Shown here: one piece after another, positions 7,232 to 15,468 of the stretch | How positions within the stretch are numbered: the stretch's first letter is position 1 | Layout of the letters: the number at the start of each line of letters is the position of its first letter | From: Pseudobacteriovorax sp. | Lineage (GTDB): Bacteria > Bdellovibrionota_B > Oligoflexia > Oligoflexales > Oligoflexaceae | Direction of reading: 5' to 3' | Length of the DNA: 18,037 bases | NCBI GenBank assembly: GCA_050293845.1 | Contig: JBNKNM010000025.1 | Coordinates: 1 to 18,037, forward strand | Notes under the pieces: generated by a model | What the model was told of the DNA's origin: nothing | Seen by the model: only the letters and a program-made list of their open reading frames with translations | Database searches by the model: none | Made by a program: the position numbers and the translations under genes

Positions 7232-8062
7232 TTAGGCCACAGAGGGGATAGGTGGATTCGAAAGGTCAGAATTAAGAGGACGGAGGCCTGCTAGATATTC
7301 GAACGCCGTCTGCGCCTGTAGTGGTACCACTGCATTACCGAGGGACTTAAGACTGTCCATCCGATAGGGAATCCCATGAGCCATTCGACCCACCTGGGGC
7401 TCAATCTGCCACGGGTTTTCTGGGGGTCTTGCACAGTAGGAAAAAGGAAAATCGCCGTCTCTAGACCTAGAGAATGGCTTTTTCCTGATTTTTTTCTGAT
7501 TCCCTGAGTTGCTTTTGCTGGTATTTCTCCAATACTGTCTAGGGGTGTTGCTCCTCTCTGCCTTGCCATTGGAGTAGGCCAGTAGAAACCAGCGGTTTCT
7601 CGTGTGGTGGGCACCCATTTTTTTAGCGGATAGACACATCCATCTTGCATCATAGCTGTTGTCGGTAAGCGTTTTGGCAACTTGTGACAGTCCGCGACTT
7701 GCGATTCCTGGCACGTTTTCGAGGAAAATGAATGGCGCCTTAGTTTCACATGCGATTCGGATGATTTCAAAAAAAAGTCCTGAACGCTCGCCTCCCAAGC
7801 CTTTACCATGTCCTGCAACCGAAAGGTCTTGGCAGGGGAATCCTCCGACGATGATATCGACCTCTCCGGATAGCTTGGTTCCATCAAGTTTTGTAACATC
7901 TCGGAAAATTCCGGCTTTGGGCAATGATCCGTCGAGAATTCTTGATGCAAGAACGGCCCGAGCATAAGGCTCCTTTTCACAGTAATAGAGGGGTTTACAA
8001 TAGTTTTCGAGCGCAAGGGTAAGTCCTCCGATACCTGAGAATAGGTCTAATGAGTTAAGCAT
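7232..8062 (-). CDS. dcm: C5 cytosine DNA methyltransferase (alpha chain; lacks motif IX)
   Basis: Motif I LDLFSGIGG, IV GGFPCQDLS, VI FLENVPG, VIII HTRNRWF, X LKSLGNAVVP. Confidence 0.93.
   Translation of the reverse strand: MLNSLDLFSGIGGLTLALENYCKPLYYCEKEPYARAVLASRILDGSLPKAGIFRDVTKLDGTKLSGEVDIIVGGFPCQDLSVAGHGKGLGGERSGLFFEIIRIACETKAPFIFLENVPGIASRGLSQVAKTLTDNSYDARWMCLSAKKMGAHHTRNRWFLLAYSNGKAERSNTPRQYWRNTSKSNSGNQKKIRKKPFSRSRDGDFPFSYCARPPENPWQIEPQVGRMAHGIPYRMDSLKSLGNAVVPLQAQTAFEYLAGLRPLNSDLSNPPIPSVA
7291..8016 (-). CDS. Overprinted beta chain of C5 methyltransferase (M.EcoHK31I beta-like); true start uncertain
   Basis: Alternative frame open for 241 codons inside the MTase; contains SSEDSPAKT, WPTPMAR and motif IX-like GRLSPRWVEWLMGFPIGWT. 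Confidence 0.75.
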   Translation of the reverse strand: MRSKTIVNPSITVKRSLMLGPFLHQEFSTDHCPKPEFSEMLQNLMEPSYPERSISSSEDSPAKTFRLQDMVKAWEASVQDFFLKSSESHVKLRRHSFSSKTCQESQVADCHKLPKRLPTTAMMQDGCVYPLKKWVPTTRETAGFYWPTPMARQRGATPLDSIGEIPAKATQGIRKKSGKSHSLGLETAIFLFPTVQDPQKTRGRLSPRWVEWLMGFPIGWTVLSPSVMQWYHYRRRRRSNI

Positions 8063-8110
8063 GGTGGGTTCTCGTTTTTTATTGGGGTGTAAAAAACGGA
8101 AGGGGTTGCA

Positions 8111-8776
8111 CTATATTTTAAGGTTCCCGCCCTTAGCAAGTTCCTTATCAATTCTTTTTTTCACTTCAACGTCCCAAACTTCTGCCATCTTATTAGTGGC
8201 AGCTTTTTCCATAGCAGCCTGGGTCTTCTTACGTTTAAGTACATTGAAAACTGAGGAAAGTCGCTGTATAGCAAGCTTTTCTTTTTTGGGGTTATTGGGG
8301 CTTTTCGTTCCCTTGATACGACGAAAAACATGAGTGGCATTGTTGGCTTTGGCAACAAAACGAGTTCTAAAAGTGGTCGGTGAGCCACGTTTCCCAACCT
8401 TGACAGCGACTTTATCTCGCTGCTTAACCTTAATGCCCTTCTGCTTTTTGGGCACCTGGTCGCCCGAGTTCATAAATTTTATAAGACCTAGTTGTTTGTC
8501 TCTAGCCTTGATTTTAGCTGGAATTTTTTGATCAATGCCACCGATACCGCGAATAGGATCTTTTTCAAGTTGGGTATTGATTGGTGGACGCTTCAATGGT
8601 GATTCGCTGTCACCCTTGGTTGGTAAGTTATAGCGATTACGAAGCTCCCCTTTGGCAACTTTATTAGCTGCGCCAAGAGCCTTATTCAAAGATACTCTAA
8701 GCGATTGTTTAAGCACTTTTGATTCTAGCTTGTTCATGAGGTCTGGAAATTTTTTATCAAACTCAATGAATGGCAT
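8111..8776 (-). CDS. Phage minor tail protein Z (gpZ)-like basic protein
   Basis: SLNKALGAANKVAKGELRNRYNL...FVAKANNATHVFRR...LAIQRL pattern; position upstream of terminase. Confidence 0.6.
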   Translation of the reverse strand: MPFIEFDKKFPDLMNKLESKVLKQSLRVSLNKALGAANKVAKGELRNRYNLPTKGDSESPLKRPPINTQLEKDPIRGIGGIDQKIPAKIKARDKQLGLIKFMNSGDQVPKKQKGIKVKQRDKVAVKVGKRGSPTTFRTRFVAKANNATHVFRRIKGTKSPNNPKKEKLAIQRLSSVFNVLKRKKTQAAMEKAATNKMAEVWDVEVKKRIDKELAKGGNLKI

Positions 8777-9161
8777 TTCATTTCACACTATGTAAAAACA
8801 GCAAGCAACACGCCCACCGCCAAGATTACACTTAACTATTGAGATTATTTAGGATCTGCAAAAAATAGAAACTTGCAGTAACTTGGAATTTGCTATGGTA
8901 GGTCTGGAGTTAGCAGAAAGAGGGATTCCAACCTGAATTCATTCAAATCAGTGACGCACTGTTTAATTCTTTCAGACGTATGATGAATTTCTTGTCAGAG
9001 ATGGAATCCGAGTCTTAGTTCTGAAAACTCCAGACCAGCGGCCCTCCCATATTGAACACTATCAAAACGGATATAATTTGGGATTAGCAGTGGCGCACAT
9101 TTTTTGAGAGATGAGAACCAAGGTGCTAAAGTGGCTGTAGTGTAGGAGTCCTTTCAAGGCA

Positions 9162-9377
9162 CTAACGGATTTTTTTAAATTTTAGCTCGTAATTTATTGC
9201 TGTCATTATCTCGCACAGCACTTTAATGGTAAAATTGGCCTTGTTATTCATAAGATTACTAATGTGAGCCTTTCTTATTTTTTTTTCTAAACAGAATGCT
9301 TCAATTGACCCATACTTTTGGGATTCTTCCCTTACGCGAACTTTAAGTTCCTCCATGAATTCAATAGCTTTCACCAC
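9162..9377 (-). CDS. XRE-family HTH protein
   Basis: SIEAFCLEKKIRKAHISNLMNNKANFTIKVLCEIMTAI; GGAG before GTG start. Confidence 0.8.
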   Translation of the reverse strand: MVKAIEFMEELKVRVREESQKYGSIEAFCLEKKIRKAHISNLMNNKANFTIKVLCEIMTAINYELKFKKIR

Positions 9378-9502
9378 GTTTCTCCAAAATTTTAAAATTG
9401 CGATATTTTACGGAGTTTACATATGAAATTAAAGTGTATATTAGTTTAATATATTTGACTCTTATATTTGACCTTTATAAATTTTACGGAGGAAAAGGAA
9501 AA

Positions 9503-9682
9503 ATGGAAGATTTAGAAGCAGCAATTGATACTTGCTGGGCTATATGCTTTGAAAAGCTTGTAGAGTTTGAAGAGAAGCGAGAAGCTGGTGAAGAAGTTAG
9601 CGATAAAATAAACAACTTAAATCTAATTTACCCTCATTTGCTCTATTCCTATAAAACTTTAAAAAGGAGGAACAATGGGTAG
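9503..9682 (+). CDS. Hypothetical protein
   Basis: Track ORF 9398-9682; ATG 9503 has AAGGA RBS and TTGACT-17-TAAATT (9455-9483) upstream. Confidence 0.6.
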   Translation: MEDLEAAIDTCWAICFEKLVEFEEKREAGEEVSDKINNLNLIYPHLLYSYKTLKRRNNG

Positions 9683-9884
9683 AATGTACTCCGAAGCAAA
9701 TAAGAATGTGGATAAACCTGTAGCTGTTAAGGTTCAAACAACTTTATGTGGGGCTGTTAAAATTGTTTCTCATGGTGACTGTATCTATCTCATTCTGTCT
9801 CGTAATGCTACGGGCATATCCATCGAAAACATTGCTCAACGGCTTAAAGCGGCATTTGCGGGAAATTGGTATCCCTCCCCCTAA
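9675..9884 (+). CDS. Hypothetical protein
   Basis: 69 aa, strong AGGAGG RBS, overlaps stop of upstream gene. Confidence 0.6.
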   Translation: MGRMYSEANKNVDKPVAVKVQTTLCGAVKIVSHGDCIYLILSRNATGISIENIAQRLKAAFAGNWYPSP

Positions 9885-10004
9885 GTTAGATGGTTTTTTC
9901 TTACAGTCTATTGCTTTAGCTAAGGCTAGCATCGCACTAGGTGCGATGATGCCTGTTTTCTTCGATTTTTTAAACACGGGAGGAGCCTTTTTTTTAGTAG
10001 TCAT
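9744..10004 (-). CDS. Possible hypothetical basic protein
   Basis: ATG 5 nt after the Cro-like gene stop, but overlaps 9675-9884 on the opposite strand. Confidence 0.3.
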   Translation of the reverse strand: MTTKKKAPPVFKKSKKTGIIAPSAMLALAKAIDCKKKPSNLGGGIPISRKCRFKPLSNVFDGYARSITRQNEIDTVTMRNNFNSPT

Positions 10005-10009
10005 TTGAT

Positions 10010-10324
10010 TTACGCCGCCGAATCGGAGTCCTCTTCGTCTCCATTGAGACTGAGAAAACGACTAAAGTTTCCATTAGTAGTACACTCAATTATTATAGCT
10101 TGTTTACCTGCATTTTTCGCAGTTTCGTAGTCATCAAGAGCCTTGTCGATCTTCTGAAGAGTTTCCCAGCTAGGCTTATAAACTCCTGACCACCAGCGTT
10201 GAATGGTTGTGCGATGCACACCTGAGATTTGATAAAGTTGTTGCATAGTAATGCCGACTTTTTGGCATCTTTTTTGAAAGTGTTCCTTGATCGATTGCGG
10301 GTCGAAATAACCTTTTTTTTCCAT
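10010..10324 (-). CDS. Cro-like XRE HTH regulator
   Basis: GITMQQLYQISGVHRTTIQRWWSGVYKPSWETLQKI; GAGGA before ATG 10324; divergent from 10842 gene. Confidence 0.85.
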   Translation of the reverse strand: MEKKGYFDPQSIKEHFQKRCQKVGITMQQLYQISGVHRTTIQRWWSGVYKPSWETLQKIDKALDDYETAKNAGKQAIIIECTTNGNFSRFLSLNGDEEDSDSAA

Positions 10325-10604
10325 AAAATTCCTCACTTAATTTGTGGCTGTTCATCATTCTCCTTCTTGAATGAATGTAAAATTTTTCGATAAAGCCTTG
10401 ACTATGCGTGAGGATTTTTTGCAAAGTTAAGTGTGTCACACCTGTGTGCAAATCGTCACGCAGTGCGGCTGGAATAAGTTGATCTAGAGAGAATTGCTAG
10501 GTCTTTTTAGTTCTTCTTATTCCGCCCTACTTACCTACCTTAATCAAATTTCGACCAGTGGGTCAAGTGCCGACAAACGCATGAATCACTTGTCATAAAA
10601 GGAC

Positions 10605-10638
10605 TTTTGGTTCAATTTTTGAGTTTTTTGAACCAAAA
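10605..10638. promoter_or_regulatory. Operator-like inverted repeat between divergent HTH genes
   Basis: TTTTGGTTCAA-N12-TTGAACCAAAA. Confidence 0.45.
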
Positions 10639-10841
10639 AAAACAAGATGTCAAAGTTAACTATTTAAATTTACAGTATGTTATATTTTTTTAATAAAAAC
10701 GGTACTGTAAGGCAATTTTTTTCAACTTTTTAAGAATTGGAAAAGATTCTTAACAAAACTTACCACCCACTTTTTGCAATATACATTTTTTGTTTATGTC
10801 CTCCTGAACAGGAGGGTAATATTGTCTAGCAAAGGTGGCAT

Positions 10842-11609
10842 ATGTCTAGCGATTTAAATCAAATAAAAGAAATTATTAACTGCTTCCTTAAAACACACCA
10901 AATGAGCATTCGCGAGTTCTGCCGAAAAGTGAATATATCCAGATCTTCAATGCACTATTTAATGAATGGCAGCACTAGGAATCCACAAACAGATACCCTA
11001 TACAGGATATTTAAGGTAATAGCTGGTGGCGATGAAAAGCTTACTCTTGACTTAATTAAACGCTTTAAACCTGATCAGTATTCTAAACTCGAACCATTCT
11101 TGAACAATATCGAGGACTCTCAGTATCTTTCAAAATTCAGGGGAAATGCCCTTGCTATTATGATTCTCAACAATCTTTCGTGTAAACCACGTTCGAAGCG
11201 ATACATTAATTGTCATTATGGACCTCAAGGGTTAGATATGCTTCATCTTTTAATTAAAGATGAAGCCATAGTGCGCTACAAACGAGAGTTGTATCGAACA
11301 AAAATTAAAGATCTGAGTACAACATCCACCCACATTATAATTGATCAAATGAAGGCAAGTCTTCATCTGTTCAACCTTGATAATGTGCTAACCGATCTAG
11401 CCTCACTCGCCTACATTACAGGTGAGATACCTCTTTCCGAGCTTCCAGAAATAAAAAACGACATCACTCAACTATGCAATAAACTCATCCGTATTGTGAA
11501 AAAGCCAAAAGAGCATGACGAAGAATCAAAACCAATGTTTTTTAGCTTTTCTTATAACACCCTAACCCCTTCAAGAGGATTCCATTCACTAGACAAGAAT
11601 GATTTCTGA
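10842..11609 (+). CDS. XRE HTH regulator with DUF4423/TIGR02147-like C-terminus (cI position)
   Basis: MSIREFCRKVNISRSSMHYLMNGSTRNPQTDTL; C-terminal SLAYITGEIPLSELPEIKNDI...MFFSFSY. Confidence 0.75.
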   Translation: MSSDLNQIKEIINCFLKTHQMSIREFCRKVNISRSSMHYLMNGSTRNPQTDTLYRIFKVIAGGDEKLTLDLIKRFKPDQYSKLEPFLNNIEDSQYLSKFRGNALAIMILNNLSCKPRSKRYINCHYGPQGLDMLHLLIKDEAIVRYKRELYRTKIKDLSTTSTHIIIDQMKASLHLFNLDNVLTDLASLAYITGEIPLSELPEIKNDITQLCNKLIRIVKKPKEHDEESKPMFFSFSYNTLTPSRGFHSLDKNDF

Positions 11610-11618
11610 CATCAACCG

Positions 11619-13526
11619 TCAGGAGGAGTCCTCCATAAGCAGTTTTTCTTCGAGCTGCTTAAACTTTCGTAGCAATCTCTTACCATCTTCACAAATGTCT
11701 GCGTCTGGGAACGGCCACCTCGATCTATTTAAAATATGAGAGAAACCAAGGCGCAGACTGGTGGCCTTAGCCTTCATTCTGAAGGCAGCCAAGACAATGT
11801 TACCCCAATTTTTTACGTGGCTTGTATTGGCGATTTGAGCCTCAGAAAGGTATGTAGTATTTTGGCGCGCCATGGTTTCCCCCGCACCCCCTTCCCTATC
11901 CTTGCATACCTCGGAGTTTTCCTGTGAACGGTCGCTGGGGGCGAGGATGGGCACAAGACCGTGGACAACCTGTGGAGAGCAAAGCTCACCACTAGGATTG
12001 CCCACCGCCTTGCACACAACCTCGTCCTCGCTAGTGCTCGGCAAACCCCCATCTTCCCTGAGTAACCCCGTCACTACGGGTTTTTTACATGGGATTTTCT
12101 CGGGCTGTCTCGAAATAGGTTTATTAAGATCCTTATTGAAAGTCTCTCTGCCCTCCCCACAGCCATCTAATTCCGAACTGCAATAAACCTTCTTGGGATT
12201 TAGGGGAATTTCTAACTCGCTTTTGCTTCGCAAAACCAAGTTAGAAGATCCCTCAATCGGTTTTTCAGGGTTTAGGAAGTGGGGTAGAATCTCTGGATGA
12301 ATCTCGTCTGCCTTTGGTTCTCTTTTATAGATACATCGAACTTTGGAGAGTAGTTCACTTGCTTGACAGTTGCGTGAAGATTCATGACCAGGGATGCGCT
12401 CTACAACCCTCAGCATCCATTGATAAGCCGAGGCACGATCAATTCCAGCATACTTGAGATATACAATGGCCTGGCCTAGCCAACGGTATCTCTGACCATC
12501 CTCGACGTCTTCGGGCGCACAAAGCTTGAAGGACTTACTAGAGGTCTTGGGGCTCTCAAGCTCTGCATAAGCCAATCCTAGAGCCTCTGAGGCCATGTCG
12601 ATAGTAATAGTCCAATCACCATGATTGGCATCGACGGTGATTCCCATTTTTTGGGGAAATTTGTTCTTACGTATAACGTCATAAACTACTCTCTTAGATA
12701 GGCCGTATTCGACCATGAGAGTTTGAGCATCTGTGGAAATGGTATAACCATCGTCCGCAATATCGACTATGAGCCTAGCGATTTTAGAGCGACAACGCCT
12801 ATCAGGATAAATATCTTCAAGGGTCCAATCATCGTCCAGCCAACGTTCCCAAGCACCCTTTTTTATTTCCGGTAGTTCCTTCAAATAGTCAAAAAGTTGT
12901 CTTAATACGTTAGTTCGACAACTTCGATTCCAGACATTTTTATGGAGTTCAGAATTAGTATAGATGTGAAATTCTGGATTGCGCCAATTCATTGTAAGTC
13001 TTTTCAAACCAACAGTTGACGGATCACAGCCAAGTCCGTGGTGTCGGAATAGAGCAATTAGATAAATCCTGACCATGTTAAATAGCCATATACTACGCCT
13101 ATTAACTTCATCAAGCGTTGGATCATCTTCATTGAGTGTGAGTGGGGAAATCGCAAACTCCCACGAAAACCCTTGGTGGCCCGTAGATTCACAGCAGTGG
13201 AGTAAATACTGAGCTAAAATAGGGTGCTGCTCCCTAAGCCAATCCATAGCTTTATAGTAGTCTAACCTGTAACGATCCTTATCCTGGATCATCCAAGCTC
13301 TGTCGGACCGGGTAAAGTCCATATCCATCGTCATTGTTAAAACTGTCTGAGTGCCAGTCGGATTTTGCACCCATGTTCCAATATATTCTGGCTTGGTAGG
13401 GTCCACCGGATGATAAATAAACTCTGGCTTTTTAACCATTGCACCTGTTTTTTTACACTGAATCAGCTTCTTTTTTGCAAGCGGGTAGTATGCCTTTTCG
13501 GTGGCTCGGAAATCTGCTATATCCAT
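11619..13526 (-). CDS. Probable plasmid-type replication initiator (replicase/AEP-like + PriCT-like)
   Basis: TMDMDF (DxD), STGHQG, GCDPSTVGLKRLTMNWRNP (ColE2-replicase-like), DGQRYRWLGQAIVYLKYAG (PriCT-like); divergent from partition genes. Confidence 0.55.
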   Translation of the reverse strand: MDIADFRATEKAYYPLAKKKLIQCKKTGAMVKKPEFIYHPVDPTKPEYIGTWVQNPTGTQTVLTMTMDMDFTRSDRAWMIQDKDRYRLDYYKAMDWLREQHPILAQYLLHCCESTGHQGFSWEFAISPLTLNEDDPTLDEVNRRSIWLFNMVRIYLIALFRHHGLGCDPSTVGLKRLTMNWRNPEFHIYTNSELHKNVWNRSCRTNVLRQLFDYLKELPEIKKGAWERWLDDDWTLEDIYPDRRCRSKIARLIVDIADDGYTISTDAQTLMVEYGLSKRVVYDVIRKNKFPQKMGITVDANHGDWTITIDMASEALGLAYAELESPKTSSKSFKLCAPEDVEDGQRYRWLGQAIVYLKYAGIDRASAYQWMLRVVERIPGHESSRNCQASELLSKVRCIYKREPKADEIHPEILPHFLNPEKPIEGSSNLVLRSKSELEIPLNPKKVYCSSELDGCGEGRETFNKDLNKPISRQPEKIPCKKPVVTGLLREDGGLPSTSEDEVVCKAVGNPSGELCSPQVVHGLVPILAPSDRSQENSEVCKDREGGAGETMARQNTTYLSEAQIANTSHVKNWGNIVLAAFRMKAKATSLRLGFSHILNRSRWPFPDADICEDGKRLLRKFKQLEEKLLMEDSS

Positions 13527-13735
13527 CCCAAATTCCTACTAGAAATTCAACATCAACCTCAGTCTTGTAGGCTTCCATTACTGCAATATGCTGAATATTA
13601 GAGGGATTTAGGCAACAAGAGTCTCTTGCGCACCAGAACCAAGAGTGGTATTGTTTTGTTAATAATGAAACCTGAGCGGTTCAAAAAAGAACTTGCGCAG
13701 ACATTACAAAACCCAGTGCAGAGAGACCCAAGTCG

Positions 13736-13969
13736 CTAAAAGACCCAAAAAAGTCGATAGCGCAGAGGGAAGCTAAATTTTAACTTTTTACATAAGCAGC
13801 CTCCTTTCTCTTTTTTAATGGGTGGTTTTTCTCCAAGCTTCGATGGTTTAGTCGTTTTTACCTCTGACAAACCCTCGGTATTTACTAGAAATAGTAACCG
13901 TCCTTTAGATTTATTTCCACTATAATCAAGATATATGAAAGGAACAGCCAAATCGGCTTTCCTTGCCAT
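13736..13969 (-). CDS. Possible small basic protein upstream of rep
   Basis: GGAG before ATG 13969 (MARKADL...); lies between two long hairpins. Confidence 0.3.
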   Translation of the reverse strand: MARKADLAVPFIYLDYSGNKSKGRLLFLVNTEGLSEVKTTKPSKLGEKPPIKKEKGGCLCKKLKFSFPLRYRLFWVF

Positions 13970-14473
13970 ATTTTTTTCTCCAGAAAACTTTCGTACATCA
14001 ACTACCACTTTACATCTCGACATCCCAGGCAGCTCTTGGATTAAAGCGATTATCTAAATCAACACCAAAATTGGGGACTGGTCGATAGAGGCTTATTTCT
14101 CGGACAGTATGACAAAAGTACTTTTTTGCTCAAACTCTTTAGCTTCATGAATTTGCTAACTACGTCTAGCAGCGATTACTGTCCGAAAATATCCGGCTCT
14201 CGACCCATCCCTAAAATTGCAAACTCTCCATTAAATAGTGATTAAATAACTCTAATTTCATATTGGAAACCGATATGGGACTATAAGAGAACTCTAATTG
14301 ATATCTAATTCCATTATTTGACAATATTCATGTGTATAAGAACCTACTATAGGTATATGAGCGTTATCTAATATTAACATAAACTAATTTATGTGATTTT
14401 TATTGCGCTTTAGGAACTTATTAGGGACAATGAAGGGGTGTTAAACGAAATAAAATGCCAAAGGAGTTGGATA

Positions 14474-15466
14474 ATGGAGCCAGTTTTAGTACCAAGTTTT
14501 AAGTCAAGTGTCCCATCGTTTGAACCTAAAGAGCTTGGGCCACATGACATTGCTGTCGAATTCGGTGGTGAATGGTATTTACTAGGTGAGATGGCACAGA
14601 CTGAAAACGCAGTTGCGGAAAGAATGCAGCATGGTGATTTTTCTTCCATCGAGATTCAACTGATGGCAAAAGCCGCCGTAGCAAAGGCTATAGGGAAATC
14701 AGCTGAAATTGAGACAGATATCGCTTTAGCAGCACCGTTAAAGTCAATCAATAATTTCCGTGTCGGTCCTGGTGAGACGCGTCTAAAAGACGAGCAATAC
14801 GATTTCCTAAAAAAAGCTCTGTCAGAAATAAGATTTAGGACTGATTCAACGCACGGAGAAGTTCGAACTATCAAGTGTAAAATTACCGATGCGAAAGTTT
14901 TGAATGAGCTGCAAGCTGTCCTCGAATTAATTCCTAGCGTCTATCTTAAATACGGAATGATCCAGTGGGGTCATGGTGACTTGCAAGTTGTCGCTGTTAA
15001 TGAAGGTCGAGTGATTGGTGAACCTTTTTCGGCTCCTGGATTATGGTCAGCGGTACGGCAATTTCAAAAAATCACACAACTTCCCCCATCTGAAGCTCAA
15101 AGGGCTTTCATTAGCGGCTATAGATACAATGGTAGCATGAAAGATAAAATATCATGTAAGACAGAGATCACTCAGGCTATACAACATCACATTATGACGG
15201 ATCACTCCCCAATTTTAAACAGTCTTGCGAAACTTAACCAGTCAAACGCAATTGTCTCTGGTGGAAGCATCAAGAAACCTGAAGCGTTCGACCTTCTATA
15301 TAGTGAATGTAAGGGTAGGGGCCTTAGACTACACAAAATTAACGAGCTTGAGGGCATCGATACAATTGATCCAGTTTTTACATGTTTAGCTGGGTTGCGT
15401 AAATTTGGTAAAATAAGACTCGATATCGGACACAGCTCACTAAAATCAGAATGGGAGTATCAGTAA
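14474..15466 (+). CDS. ParM/StbA-like actin-fold ATPase, apparently circularly permuted
   Basis: VPS...WYLLGE, IALAAP, KVLNELQA (connect 1), MIQWGHGDLQV (phosphate 2), IVSGGS (adenosine), DPVFTCLAG (connect 2), then RLDIGHSSLK (phosphate 1) at the C-terminus. AAGGAG before ATG 14474. Confidence 0.82.
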   Translation: MEPVLVPSFKSSVPSFEPKELGPHDIAVEFGGEWYLLGEMAQTENAVAERMQHGDFSSIEIQLMAKAAVAKAIGKSAEIETDIALAAPLKSINNFRVGPGETRLKDEQYDFLKKALSEIRFRTDSTHGEVRTIKCKITDAKVLNELQAVLELIPSVYLKYGMIQWGHGDLQVVAVNEGRVIGEPFSAPGLWSAVRQFQKITQLPPSEAQRAFISGYRYNGSMKDKISCKTEITQAIQHHIMTDHSPILNSLAKLNQSNAIVSGGSIKKPEAFDLLYSECKGRGLRLHKINELEGIDTIDPVFTCLAGLRKFGKIRLDIGHSSLKSEWEYQ

Positions 15467-15468
15467 AA

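Noticed and set aside
6865..8531. Shadow ORFs over the 90-aa gene, MTase and gpZ-like gene (other than 7291-8016)
   Set aside because: Antisense or off-frame ORFs without recognisable features.
11736..12186. Short ORFs overlapping the rep 3' region
   Set aside because: No supporting signals; explained by the locally higher GC.
8892..14218. Retron msr-msd for the long hairpins
   Set aside because: No reverse transcriptase gene in the window.
14318..14350. sigma70 promoter for the par operon at TTGACA 14318
   Set aside because: No -10 hexamer at 16-18 bp spacing.
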